From the NCBI GenBank assembly GCA_964558645.1, contig CAZLEV010000002.1, forward strand, positions 224,001 through 288,000: DNA of 64,000 bases, in the 5' to 3' direction. The translations under genes were made by a program, and so were the position numbers. Origin of the DNA: an uncultured archaeon (GTDB taxonomy: Archaea > Asgardarchaeota > Thorarchaeia > Thorarchaeales > Thorarchaeaceae). The number at the start of each line of letters is the position of its first letter. Position 1 is the first letter of the stretch. The notes beneath the pieces were generated by a model, which worked only from the letters and a program-made list of their open reading frames with translations, was not told the DNA's origin and did not search any database. Below, piece by piece: positions 28,188 through 38,229 of this stretch.

Positions 28188-28949
28188 TTGACTGCAGTTC
28201 TGCAAGTACGGGACATATGGAAATCTTACGGCGATCTTGAGGTTCTCAAGGGAGTATCTTTTGACGTGGAAGAGAAAGAAGTCAAGGTGGTATTCGGTCC
28301 CAGTGGCTCAGGAAAGAGCACGCTGTTGAGATGCATAAACATGCTTGATCCACCTGAAAAGGGAGAAGTTCTCCTACGAGGCAAGAGCCTTATGGATGCA
28401 GACGAGGATGTCAACAAGCTGCGATCAAGGATTGGGTTTGTTTTTCAACAGTTCAACCTCTTCGCCCACCTCAAAGCAATCGATAATGTATCAATAGGCC
28501 CCAGACTGGTTCTTAAGCTGAGCAAGGAGGAGGCTCATGATAGAGCAATGGAGGCACTTGGGCGGGTTCATCTCCAAGACCGAGCAGACCACTATCCCGC
28601 AGAGCTCTCGGGGGGACAGAAACAGAGGGTTGGCATTGCACGAGCATTGGCCATGAAGCCGGATGTTATACTCTTTGATGAACCAACGTCAGCTCTCGAC
28701 CCAGAGCTCATCGGCGAGGTTCTTCAAGTCATGCTGGATCTGGCAAAAGAAGGAACAACTATGGTCTGTGTCACCCATGAGATGGGTTTTGCACGGGCAG
28801 TTGCCGACGAGATGCTGTTCATGGATGAAGGCGTGTTTGTTGAAAGAGGCACAGCCCAACACTTCTTCGAAGGAGCTGAAACAGAGCGCGCCAAGAGATT
28901 CCTGCATCGACTCGAAGTACTCTACGGTTCAGAAGAAACACCTGAATAG
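28188..28949 (+). CDS. Amino-acid ABC transporter ATP-binding protein (GlnQ-like)
   Basis: GPSGSGKST, VFQQFNLF, LSGGQKQR, LFDEPTSALDPE, VTHEMGFA; TTG start after GGAGGT. Confidence 0.95.
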   Translation: MTAVLQVRDIWKSYGDLEVLKGVSFDVEEKEVKVVFGPSGSGKSTLLRCINMLDPPEKGEVLLRGKSLMDADEDVNKLRSRIGFVFQQFNLFAHLKAIDNVSIGPRLVLKLSKEEAHDRAMEALGRVHLQDRADHYPAELSGGQKQRVGIARALAMKPDVILFDEPTSALDPELIGEVLQVMLDLAKEGTTMVCVTHEMGFARAVADEMLFMDEGVFVERGTAQHFFEGAETERAKRFLHRLEVLYGSEETPE

Positions 28950-28961
28950 GAGACTATATCG

Positions 28962-29735
28962 ATGTTCCTGCTACCCGACCAATCGTCGCTTGAGGCTCAG
29001 CAGATAACACAGATTGCCAATTACATGGATCAATTCATCCATGGACTGATGACCACTTTGGGACTGTACATATTTGCTCTCGCGATAGGCTTTGTCATTG
29101 GATTAGTCCTATCTATAGTCCGCCTCTACGGAGGTCCGGTCAGCTCTCGATTTGCAACAGGATATATAGAAGTGATTCGCGGAACTCCCCTTGTCACACA
29201 GATTTTCATATTCGCATATGCGCCAGATGCAATCAACACCGCACTGGAAATGGCGGGGCTGGCAACTTTCAATACCAGCTGGCGCATCTACATTCCCGAC
29301 CCCTTCGGAGGGCAGAGCATATTCCTCTCCACGAGAATTCTCATGGCGGCAGTCTGCCTTGCGTTGAACAGCGCTGCATATCAGGCGGAGTACTTGCGAG
29401 GAGCCATGGCATCGATCTCAGGAGGTCAACTACAGGCAGCTAAGTCTATGGGCATGACCCGAACACAAGGCATCCGTCACATTATCCTGCCCCAGAGTCT
29501 AAGGAGAGTCATCCCTTCGTGGTCGAATGAGGCGGCCTATCTCCCAAAGTACACTACGGTGGCATACTTCGTTGCAGTTGAGGAACTTTTTGCAAAGACC
29601 AAGCTGATTATCTCTCGGGTACCATATCCCTTTGAGATGTACCTGATAGTGGCAATAGTCTTCCTCGTCCTAATCAGTGCGGTTTCTCAGGCATTAGACC
29701 ACGTTTATGATAGGGTGAAGATTCCAGGCGTCTGA
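28962..29735 (+). CDS. Amino-acid ABC transporter permease
   Basis: IRGTPLVTQ, NSAAYQAEYLRG, GQLQAAKSMGM, IILPQ. Confidence 0.93.
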   Translation: MFLLPDQSSLEAQQITQIANYMDQFIHGLMTTLGLYIFALAIGFVIGLVLSIVRLYGGPVSSRFATGYIEVIRGTPLVTQIFIFAYAPDAINTALEMAGLATFNTSWRIYIPDPFGGQSIFLSTRILMAAVCLALNSAAYQAEYLRGAMASISGGQLQAAKSMGMTRTQGIRHIILPQSLRRVIPSWSNEAAYLPKYTTVAYFVAVEELFAKTKLIISRVPYPFEMYLIVAIVFLVLISAVSQALDHVYDRVKIPGV

Positions 29736-29925
29736 AAGCAGCCGCTATCCTTGCCGTCAATCTTCAGATGGCCGCTCACAAGGAATTCCTCCTGAAGTCT
29801 TCTAGGATAGGATTTGTGGAGCCCGCCATAATCATGAACACTGACAAGAAACCAATGGCTTCAGAGGGAAGTAGCAGTACATCCTTTTATGGGGCATACA
29901 GACTCTGAGTCTAGGAAGAGAGAAC

Positions 29926-30576
29926 ATGCTTGTTCGGATAGTATATGACAATATTGCTGAAGAGGGGTTCGAAGCCGATTGGGGGTTTTCTTGCCTTGTA
30001 GGCGATTCTCTCTTATTCGATACCGGAAGGAGCCTTCATATTCTCAGGCATAACATGCGAAGAATGGGAATACAGACCGACCTCATCAGTCATCTAGTCT
30101 TGTCACACAACCATCGGGACCATACCGGAGGGGTGGGTATTCTCGAAGATCTCGGAGAAGTCGAGGTATATGTTCCCCGATCATTCTCTAAGCCCATGAA
30201 GCAAAACCTGTCAGCATTCAGCAACGCAAAGATAGTTGAAATTACAGAGCCCCGACAAATCACAGAAGGGGTCTGGTCAACCGGAGAACTTGGCGGTAGA
30301 GTGAAAGAGCAATCGCTGGTTGTGAAGACAGAGAATGGTGTCAGTCTAATCACAGGCTGTGCGCACCCAGGACTAGAGAACATGATTGACGCGGCGCAAG
30401 AATTCGGGCGCCTGTTTGGTGTAATAGGAGGCTTCCATGAGTTTGATAGGCTAATCGCACTAGAAACGACGTCATTGATAGCACCATGCCATTGTACGAG
30501 CAAGAAAGAGGCGATTAGGGACCTGTACAACTACACCGCAAGAGAGTGCAGTGTCGGGAAAGCATTCGAAGTCTGA
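29926..30576 (+). CDS. MBL-fold metallo-hydrolase (MJ0448/DHPS-like family)
   Basis: WGFSCL, LFDTG, SHNHRDHTGG, EQSL, TGCAHPG, GGFH, PCHCT. Confidence 0.88.
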   Translation: MLVRIVYDNIAEEGFEADWGFSCLVGDSLLFDTGRSLHILRHNMRRMGIQTDLISHLVLSHNHRDHTGGVGILEDLGEVEVYVPRSFSKPMKQNLSAFSNAKIVEITEPRQITEGVWSTGELGGRVKEQSLVVKTENGVSLITGCAHPGLENMIDAAQEFGRLFGVIGGFHEFDRLIALETTSLIAPCHCTSKKEAIRDLYNYTARECSVGKAFEV

Positions 30577-30672
30577 TAGTAATCTCCGGTTGGAAACTGT
30601 CAGATACCATGCATCTTAAATGCATTCGATGACATTTTTGCTATAGTTAATTCGATATGGCAGGTATCAGGT

Positions 30673-31677
30673 ATGAAGTACAGACAAGTTGGAAACAGTG
30701 GATTGAAGATAAGTGAGATATCTATCGGATCTTGGTTAACCTACGGTGGTTCAGTCGAGAACAAGACTGCGAAGGAATGCCTCTCGACTGCAATCGAACA
30801 TGGTGTGAACTTCATAGACTCAGCTGAAGCCTATGCGAGGGGCGGAGCTGAGAAGGTAATTGGTGAATGGTTACAGGAAGAAGAAATGGACAGAGACGAT
30901 CTTGTCATCTCCAGCAAGGTCTTCTGGCCTATGAGTGAGACGATAAACGACTGGGGCCTCTCAAGGAAGAACATCATGCATGCGATAGATGGAACGCTTG
31001 AACGCTTGGGGACAGACTATATTGACATTTACTTCATGCACCGCTTCGACCATACCACACCCCTGAGAGAAACTATCATGACCCTTGACGATCTTATCCG
31101 GTCAGGCAAGGTAAGATACTGGGGAACATCAGTCTGGACCGCGGCCCAGCTGGAGCGAGTCCACGCTATCGCAAAGGAGATAGGAGCGCACAGGCCTATT
31201 GTCGAACAGCCAATGTACAATATGCTCTTTCGGCATATAGAGATCGAGATCATGCCAGTGGCTCAACGCAACGGCATGGGATTCACGGTCTGGAGCCCAC
31301 TGTATCAGGGAATCCTGACAGGAAAATACAACGATGGCATTCCAGAGGAGAGCAGAGCAGCCAAGGGAGATGAGGGATTTCTCAAGTATCTGACCGAGGA
31401 GGTCAGAATCAAACTGAACAAGCTGCAAGACATTGCTTCCTCACTAGGAAGCTCTCTACCCCAGCTGGCGTTGGCTTGGATTCTGAGAAGACCCGAGATA
31501 GCAGCAGTCTTGGTTGGCGCGTCCAAACCGGAACACGTCAAAGAGAACGTACAGGCGTCAGACCTGAAGCTCTCTGACAACACCATTGAGGAAATCGAAG
31601 AAATCCTCGATAACGCGCCAGAATGGCCCAGAACGTATGCGCCCAACACATACTACGAAGACAGGATAAGATACTGA
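30673..31677 (+). CDS. Aldo/keto reductase (Kv-beta-like)
   Basis: GNSGLKISEISIGSW, DSAEAY, SSKVFW, GLSRK, DIYFMHR, YWGTS, WSPL, QLALAW. Confidence 0.93.
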   Translation: MKYRQVGNSGLKISEISIGSWLTYGGSVENKTAKECLSTAIEHGVNFIDSAEAYARGGAEKVIGEWLQEEEMDRDDLVISSKVFWPMSETINDWGLSRKNIMHAIDGTLERLGTDYIDIYFMHRFDHTTPLRETIMTLDDLIRSGKVRYWGTSVWTAAQLERVHAIAKEIGAHRPIVEQPMYNMLFRHIEIEIMPVAQRNGMGFTVWSPLYQGILTGKYNDGIPEESRAAKGDEGFLKYLTEEVRIKLNKLQDIASSLGSSLPQLALAWILRRPEIAAVLVGASKPEHVKENVQASDLKLSDNTIEEIEEILDNAPEWPRTYAPNTYYEDRIRY

Positions 31678-31730
31678 GAACCAGTAGTTGATTGTGGTGG
31701 TATGACAGATCATTGGGGCCTGGAACTGCC

Positions 31731-32118
31731 TCATAACGGGTTCGAATCTATCCTGAGCCTTCTCCGGTTTGCTTCGGTATCGGCATAGACACGCCATTCG
31801 GATACGAAACCCCCCGTGACTTGAGCCGTCCATATGGGGGGCATCCAATCCCTTCTCAGAACAGGTCGACTGGCCACTCATGATAACCAGCCCGTCACGA
31901 TATTCTACAGTCTGAAATACATTGACGTAGTCGGGATATCGGAGAAAGAAGTCATGCCATGCCTCAACGATCTCTTTCCGCCCCTCAACCACATCATCAG
32001 ATGCATCGACAAAACGATTATTTTCTGTCATCAGGGAGTTCAGAGTATCGAGGTCATGTTCTGTTATGCATCTGTTGAATCCGGAAACTACATCAATCGC
32101 GCGTTCCTTGCTCATCAT
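31731..32118 (-). pseudogene. SnoaL/NTF2-like protein with frameshift at a C6 run
   Basis: N-part ...GQSTCSEKGLDAP; the family-like ending IWTAQVTGGFVSEWRVYADTEANRRRL* lies in another frame after the G6 at 31836-31841 (stop at 31731). Confidence 0.75.
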
Positions 32119-32417
32119 ATTCTCGGCTCCCGACGATAGTGCGAAGAAATCTTGTTTGGAGCACGACCCCCATCATCGTACGAGAGAGGACGAGGATGTC
32201 TATCTGTCCCACAACAGGCATAATCGCATAGTGTGGTAATCACAGCATAGATGAGGAAGCCAAGCACTATTGCCAAGAACTCCAGAGGATGGTCCAGAGG
32301 GGAACCGACAAATGTCAGGGTAAAGACAACGAAGAAGACAGTAGCTATGACTCCCATCGCAAGATATCTCATTACAGGAGGCTTGTTCTCTTCCTCTGGA
32401 TTCATGAAGATAACCAC
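32115..32417 (-). CDS. Small two-TM membrane protein
   Basis: Two hydrophobic stretches; its stop overlaps the start of the next gene (ATGA). Confidence 0.6.
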   Translation of the reverse strand: MVIFMNPEEENKPPVMRYLAMGVIATVFFVVFTLTFVGSPLDHPLEFLAIVLGFLIYAVITTLCDYACCGTDRHPRPLSYDDGGRAPNKISSHYRREPRI

Positions 32418-32592
32418 ATCTTACTGATGACGCTTCTTTACAGCTGAGGTTTCAGCTGGTTACACGTAGACGAGTTTGCTTTTCACTGATTCGCAAATGA
32501 CTGCCAGCCACAGTAGTCAGCTCGAGAGTAAAGATATTTCAAGAGTACCTCGTCCTAGCATGTCATATCTTATCAGAATCTGGTGCACAGAA

Positions 32593-33723
32593 ATGGAACG
32601 AGTTCAGAGTCCTTCATATCGAAACTTCGGAGAGCCGGCCCTAGTCATCATCGCTGCGGGAGCGGTCTTGACTCTTTCGACGCTGGTTTACTTCTTGATA
32701 GCGTTGTTCGTCCCATTCGTTTCGTACCAGGGGGTGATGGCCAATCTATACAGCGGATTCATCTCCCAGATGGTCACTGCGATGGTTCTGCTCCTGATGC
32801 TCTCACCGCTTAAAGTGAGAAGAGTTGACTATGCGAAGCCCGATATGAAAGGGCTCAAACAGACGATGCTTACCATTGCGGGTATCATGGGCGTCATGCT
32901 CGCGGGAACCCTCGTACTGAACTCTATGTTCCTACTGCTCGGCCTCATCCCTGAAACTGGCTATACAGGTGTGATATTGATTGGCGAAGAACACCTTGCC
33001 GATCCTATGAACGTGGTCATCTTCTATGCAGTCGGAAGTGTTGGAGCCCCGATATTTGAAGAACTGCTATACAGACGAATCACCATCCCGATGTGCGAAT
33101 CGCGGGGGATGGGAACGTTCAGCGCCGTCTTTACCTCAACCCTAGCCTTTGCATTTGCCCACGTCCCCCTGGACATTCTGAATGGGAATCTTGCTGGCGC
33201 CACCCTACACTTCTGGACCACTTTCATCACAGGATTTGGTCTGGGCGTTCTGTATGTCCTGACACGTAACATCCTCTTCCCGATTCTTGTGCATGCTGCC
33301 TTCAATGCGCTCTCATTCACGGCATACATAGGGACGTTGACAGAGAGTCTGCTGTACTTGACAGGATTAGTTGGACTGCTCTACTTGATATTGATACCTA
33401 CTGGCTTGATAACCGTGTTCTACTACGGTTTCTGGAGATCAGAAAGATACGAAAAATGGCAGAGTCTGAAAGATGAGCCCCTTATGGGGAAATCAACCAA
33501 GGCCATCATATTCTTTGTGGGCCTCTACCTCATCATACTGACGCTTCTCGAAGTCGGTGATATTGCCCTGTGGGCACTGATAGGTACACAGGATGTGCTC
33601 TACTACATTCTCTCCATGACCGTTGTCAACCTTATGGTGGCAACCCTCGGTTTCACTATCGCCTCAAGAGCACAACGTATCAAGACGCCCAGAAAGCTCG
33701 AAGCCGAAAAGTCATCCCGGTAA
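32593..33723 (+). CDS. CPBP (Rce1/Abi, type II CAAX protease) family intramembrane metalloprotease
   Basis: APIFEELLYR, FAFAH, HAAFN motifs; multiple TMs. Confidence 0.9.
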   Translation: MERVQSPSYRNFGEPALVIIAAGAVLTLSTLVYFLIALFVPFVSYQGVMANLYSGFISQMVTAMVLLLMLSPLKVRRVDYAKPDMKGLKQTMLTIAGIMGVMLAGTLVLNSMFLLLGLIPETGYTGVILIGEEHLADPMNVVIFYAVGSVGAPIFEELLYRRITIPMCESRGMGTFSAVFTSTLAFAFAHVPLDILNGNLAGATLHFWTTFITGFGLGVLYVLTRNILFPILVHAAFNALSFTAYIGTLTESLLYLTGLVGLLYLILIPTGLITVFYYGFWRSERYEKWQSLKDEPLMGKSTKAIIFFVGLYLIILTLLEVGDIALWALIGTQDVLYYILSMTVVNLMVATLGFTIASRAQRIKTPRKLEAEKSSR

Positions 33724-33868
33724 TGCTCTGCACGTTGAATTGTCCCATTGTTCGGAACGTTATAGGATATCTTATCCTATAGATGCGCGTATTGATATTC
33801 ATATCGAGAGCTAGATATGCAGATGATTAACAAATGCCATAAACCCGCATAGCTACATCTAAATCAAG

Positions 33869-34492
33869 ATGACTCTGTGGTTTTCGATATGCCTAGCGGG
33901 CTTCATTCTGATACAACCGATTCTCTACAAATCGTATGAACATGAGGCACTAAGGTCACGCTTCGAACCAGAGAAGGCGGAGAGAGTGGGCAGGATACTA
34001 GGAATAGTGAGCGGTTATGCATTCTTTGCCTTTTGGATTGGGTTGTGGATTGCCCCACAGCCAAGATTTGAGATTGGGTTCTTCCAAGAAGTCGTCATTG
34101 TGATACCGTTTTTGCTTCCCTATATCTCCTGGAGGGTTCCGATTGTCCATTTCCTTGCCGGTGCCGCTTTTTTCCTGCCGGGCGGATGGCTAGGACTCAA
34201 GGGAATGACCGAACTCACACTTCAAGTTTCACAGAGCCATAATCCAAGTGAGGTGGTCAGATCAGGCATCTACTCCAGTATCAGACATCCGCAATATCTT
34301 GGAGGATTATTGTCACATCTCGGGATGACACTGTTCCTATCATCTTGGCTATCGCTTGCCTGCACACCTATTGTTGCCGTAGTCATCTATATGCTATGCA
34401 GAAAGGAGGAGAGAGAGCTCATCAGGGAGTTCGGAGATGAATATAGAGAGTATAGGCAGCAAGTACCAGGGTTCATTCCTGATCTACACTAG
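33869..34492 (+). CDS. Isoprenylcysteine carboxyl methyltransferase/PEMT family membrane protein
   Basis: VVRSGIYSSIRHPQYLG, EERELIREFGDEYREYRQQVP. Confidence 0.9.
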   Translation: MTLWFSICLAGFILIQPILYKSYEHEALRSRFEPEKAERVGRILGIVSGYAFFAFWIGLWIAPQPRFEIGFFQEVVIVIPFLLPYISWRVPIVHFLAGAAFFLPGGWLGLKGMTELTLQVSQSHNPSEVVRSGIYSSIRHPQYLGGLLSHLGMTLFLSSWLSLACTPIVAVVIYMLCRKEERELIREFGDEYREYRQQVPGFIPDLH

Positions 34493-34558
34493 GCTTGAGA
34501 AACATAGAGTCCCGATGGAACTACCATCGTATACTTGTTACTGCAGTTCAAACAGTGA

Positions 34559-34924
34559 TTATTCGATTCCAATCCTGCCAGCAATCTTTACAATCACAAA
34601 CACAACAAATGCCACGATTATGAATGTTAGCAAGGCTCCCGCAAAGTGGCCGACCCTGAACATGTAGAAAGTGATATCCTCCCAGTTAATCTCCCCCAGG
34701 GGTATCTGGACGATGGGCATAATCAAGTCGTTCACCAATGCTTGAACAAGATTTCCGATGTAGATGCCCAGGATGAAAGCCACAGCCAACCCTAGCACCT
34801 TGTACTTGCTCAAGAAGTTCACGAATTCATCAACGAATCCCTCAGGTTTCGGCTCCGGCGGAGCCGGTTCGAGAAGCTTTCTGATATTGCGTAATTCCTC
34901 CAGAATCTCGTCATTTCTCTCCAT
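34559..34924 (-). CDS. mscL: Large-conductance mechanosensitive channel family protein
   Basis: EFVNFL..YKVLGLAVAFILG, LVNDLIMP, GHFAGALLTFIIVAFVVF. Confidence 0.85.
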   Translation of the reverse strand: MERNDEILEELRNIRKLLEPAPPEPKPEGFVDEFVNFLSKYKVLGLAVAFILGIYIGNLVQALVNDLIMPIVQIPLGEINWEDITFYMFRVGHFAGALLTFIIVAFVVFVIVKIAGRIGIE

Positions 34925-35003
34925 ATGATAACCACCTTTGACTGACGAGCTAATGGTATGGAGCCTGCCTTATACAGATATTGCATTTCTCGAAATCGGG
35001 ATG

Positions 35004-35615
35004 CTATTCCGTCCTGAGGGAGGCGGGAATCTCAAGTTCATCCGCAACGAACTGGGCCACATCGTTCCCATGGATAATCTCCAAGAGACGGAGACCTAAC
35101 GGGATGGATGACGCGACTCCTGCAGCAGTGATTACTCTGCCATCGAAGACGACTCGGTCATTCGTAACTTCGGCATAGTCCTCAAGCTCCCTCATGACAC
35201 TCCAATGAGTAGTGGCTTTCTTTCCCTCTAGAATTCCAGCAGCTCCTAAGATGAGAGCCCCAGTACAGACAGAGCAGATGGGTTTTGTCTTGCTGAACCC
35301 TCGCAGCCGATCAAGCATCTGGTTGTCCTGCATTACGTCTCGAATACCTCTCCCGCCTGGCACTATGACGAAATCATATCTCGAGGGGTCGTCTGTAATA
35401 GTATGGGGCTTAACAACCAGGCGATTAGCACACTCAATCGTTTTGAAGGGAGAGAAAATCTCAACATCCACGGGATCATCGATATCTAGCAGGCCCTCGT
35501 CAACGAGAGTCTTCACACTGGCTAGTATCTCATAAACTCCCGCAAAATCGAGCTCCTCAGCAAAGGGGAACAGGTATATTCCGATTTTCCTGACTTCTTT
35601 GAGTTCGAGGGACAT
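35004..35615 (-). CDS. DJ-1/PfpI family protein
   Basis: EELDFAG, VPGG, SVCTGA, ATTHW, VITAAGV. Confidence 0.92.
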   Translation of the reverse strand: MSLELKEVRKIGIYLFPFAEELDFAGVYEILASVKTLVDEGLLDIDDPVDVEIFSPFKTIECANRLVVKPHTITDDPSRYDFVIVPGGRGIRDVMQDNQMLDRLRGFSKTKPICSVCTGALILGAAGILEGKKATTHWSVMRELEDYAEVTNDRVVFDGRVITAAGVASSIPLGLRLLEIIHGNDVAQFVADELEIPASLRTE

Positions 35616-35643
35616 AGTATCTTTCTCCTGCTTCGTTTCAGCT

Positions 35644-36897
35644 CTACTTGCTGACTGGACTCACGTTGCCGCTATCATGGACCACCAAGACATCGATATT
35701 CGTTCCCAGCTTGTCGATTGCTGCATCGATGGCGGCTTGAACAGTCTTGAAGCCCTTCATATGCATGCTACAGACTTTCTCGTCAGGCATCTCGGTGACC
35801 ATCCAGAGGTCATTCTTCTCCAGAAATGGAGGAACGGACCCCACTTTGTGCCAACCGAGCTCATAATCTTCCTTGACCTCAAGGAACTTCCGGTACATTT
35901 CCTCTACGCTTTCAGCGGATGTCATCATGCGTTCATAATCATCAGAACCAATCCCACCGGGACAGGCAGCAACTAGTACGAGAATCCCGCCGTCCCTTAC
36001 TGCCATGCGCGTGTTCTCAAATCCCTTGGCGCCTTGATAGAGATCTTGGTCAAGTGGCGAATGGACAACAGAGAGAACGAGGTCAGCGGGTCGCTCAATC
36101 TCGGGAGCGTAGATTTCGCGAGCGGTCTCCGCCCCCACATAGAGCTGCTTGAATATGTCACCAGCAACGACTCGAGCAACCTTTCCCTCGCCATCTTGGA
36201 TGATGTTGATTGCGAATGTGGGATGATTCTCTAGAAGTATGTGTACGGCTTCTTCCATGTCTTCGTGCAAGGGATTGCCTTCCAGATGAAGAAGCCGTGC
36301 CTCGTCCAGAAGTGCCATAGAGTGGTTGGCTTCTACAGTTTCATACGCGGCTATGCCAGGGAACAGGCTCTTCCGTCCGCCCGTGAAGCCTGCGAAATAG
36401 TGAGGCTCGATCGAGTTGATTGCAATGAATGCCTTGAAGTTGTTCACCGCAGCATTGAACTTGAGGGGGGTTCCACGACTGGTCGTGCCCAGTTCGTGCA
36501 TCTCACTCTCCTTTGCACTGTGAAGTATGACTGAATCACGAAGCTCATCATAGAACTCACCGAGGATGATGTCGCGAATGTCTTCCTCAGAGGGTCGTGC
36601 ATGGGTTCCACTTGCAATTATAATCTGGAACTCCTTGCCTTCAAGGAATGGTAATATCTCTCTTAGAACAACAGGCGTTGGAGTGCTCCGCGCATGGTCG
36701 TTCACAATCACCAAGAATGATTCGTAGGTCTTGACAAATGCTTCGAAGGAAACAGACTCTATTGGGTCATTCATCGCCTCTCGGATCATTGCGCTCTCAG
36801 ATTCTGAAGTCTGAACCGATTTTGGTTCAACGACGTGAACATTGCAGGTATCAGGAATCTCAATCTCTTCTTCAGAAACACTGTATTTGACTTTCAT
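35644..36897 (-). CDS. larA: Nickel-pincer-dependent lactate racemase family protein
   Basis: VNDHARSTP, ASGTH, GTTSRGTP, EPHYFAGFTGGRKS, NPLHEDM, DLYQGAK. Start chosen at ATG 36897. Confidence 0.88.
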   Translation of the reverse strand: MKVKYSVSEEEIEIPDTCNVHVVEPKSVQTSESESAMIREAMNDPIESVSFEAFVKTYESFLVIVNDHARSTPTPVVLREILPFLEGKEFQIIIASGTHARPSEEDIRDIILGEFYDELRDSVILHSAKESEMHELGTTSRGTPLKFNAAVNNFKAFIAINSIEPHYFAGFTGGRKSLFPGIAAYETVEANHSMALLDEARLLHLEGNPLHEDMEEAVHILLENHPTFAINIIQDGEGKVARVVAGDIFKQLYVGAETAREIYAPEIERPADLVLSVVHSPLDQDLYQGAKGFENTRMAVRDGGILVLVAACPGGIGSDDYERMMTSAESVEEMYRKFLEVKEDYELGWHKVGSVPPFLEKNDLWMVTEMPDEKVCSMHMKGFKTVQAAIDAAIDKLGTNIDVLVVHDSGNVSPVSK

Positions 36898-37052
36898 GCG
36901 CAAGAAGATATCACCATGGTTAAATCTCGCAACGTCCAATATAGGTGTAAGGAAATGGCCAAATCCAGCCTTCTGCACCGATGGAAACATATTCTCTGGC
37001 AGTGTGGACTGCAACATGGTCTGTGAATGATGAATGAGAGGTTGCTCGAATA

Positions 37053-38183
37053 ATGAAACTTGATGAATTTCACTTGGAGAGAATACAGTCCAGATGGGAA
37101 CACGTGGTTGAGTACAACTTGAGCGAGAGTGGTATTGAGCCCCTGAGACTCAATGAACTGATCCCGGACAACAGGTTGCAGAGAACCATTCTGGAAACCA
37201 AGCTCGGCTATCCGCAGACAAATGGGACTATCCCCCTGCGAAGAAACATCAGCCACCTCTATGAAGAAGCAACAGAAGAGAACGTTCTCGTCACAAATGG
37301 CGGCTCTGAAGCAAACATGGTCAGCATTTGGAACATGGTGCATGAGAGTAAAGACCGAAAAGAGATTGTCATTGAACTCCCCAATTACATGCAGATATGG
37401 GGGTGTTCGAGAGCCCTTGGAGCTGATGTGAAGTCATTCTGGCTGACGAACGAGGATGGTGCGTGGGTCCCCGATATCGAGGGGCTGAAAGATGTTGTTT
37501 CAAACAAGACCGGGCTGATTGCGCTCTGTAACCCGAACAACCCAACAGGTGCAGTGATGAATGAAGAGCATCTGAAGGCAATCGCGGACATAGCAGAAGA
37601 CCACGGAGCATGGATACTCTCAGACGAGATCTACTCGGGAGCGGAGCTGATTGAAGAGAGAACTCCAACGATGTGGGACTACTATGACAAGGTACTTGTC
37701 ACCTCGGGACTCTCGAAGGTATACGCTCTGCCGGGTCTTAGAATCGGATGGATAGCATGTAAGAATGAGGACAAGGTGAGTGAGCTGTGGGCGTATTCGG
37801 ATTATACGAGCATTGCACCCTCGATGCTGGGAGATACACTAGGACAGATTGCACTCCAGCCTGAGATGCGAGAGTTGATAGAGAAGAGGACGAAACAGAT
37901 TCTGAGGGAGAATTGGGCCGCCATGGAGAGTTGGTTGGAAGAGAATGAAGATGTATTCGACTGTATTCCCCCTCAGGCATCTCCCATATGCCTGATCAAA
38001 TACGATGATGACATCAAATCTACGGAGCTGGCGGAGAGGTTGATATCGGAAAAGAGTGTCCTCATTGCACCCGGAGACCATTTTCTACTACCCCACAGAA
38101 TTAGAATCGGCTATGGTCATGACAGGAAGAGGCTCGTCAAGGGGCTTTCCCTCATCGCGGATTTTCTGAGAGAAGAGAAGTAG
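37053..38183 (+). CDS. Class I/II PLP-dependent aminotransferase
   Basis: NLSES, CNPNNPTG, SDEIY, GLSKVYALPGLRIGW. Confidence 0.92.
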   Translation: MKLDEFHLERIQSRWEHVVEYNLSESGIEPLRLNELIPDNRLQRTILETKLGYPQTNGTIPLRRNISHLYEEATEENVLVTNGGSEANMVSIWNMVHESKDRKEIVIELPNYMQIWGCSRALGADVKSFWLTNEDGAWVPDIEGLKDVVSNKTGLIALCNPNNPTGAVMNEEHLKAIADIAEDHGAWILSDEIYSGAELIEERTPTMWDYYDKVLVTSGLSKVYALPGLRIGWIACKNEDKVSELWAYSDYTSIAPSMLGDTLGQIALQPEMRELIEKRTKQILRENWAAMESWLEENEDVFDCIPPQASPICLIKYDDDIKSTELAERLISEKSVLIAPGDHFLLPHRIRIGYGHDRKRLVKGLSLIADFLREEK

Positions 38184-38205
38184 GTGGGGGAAGTCCCCAC
38201 CTTTT
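38182..38205 (+). terminator. Hairpin plus T-tract between convergent genes
   Basis: AGGTGGGG-gaagt-CCCCACCT followed by TTT, directly at the aminotransferase stop. Confidence 0.65.
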
Positions 38206-38229
38206 GGTCTTCAGAGGGCATGACTGATC

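Noticed and set aside
31558-31730. C-terminal extension of the 186-aa ORF in the track
   Set aside because: It is a frameshift artefact overlapping the convergent aldo/keto reductase gene.
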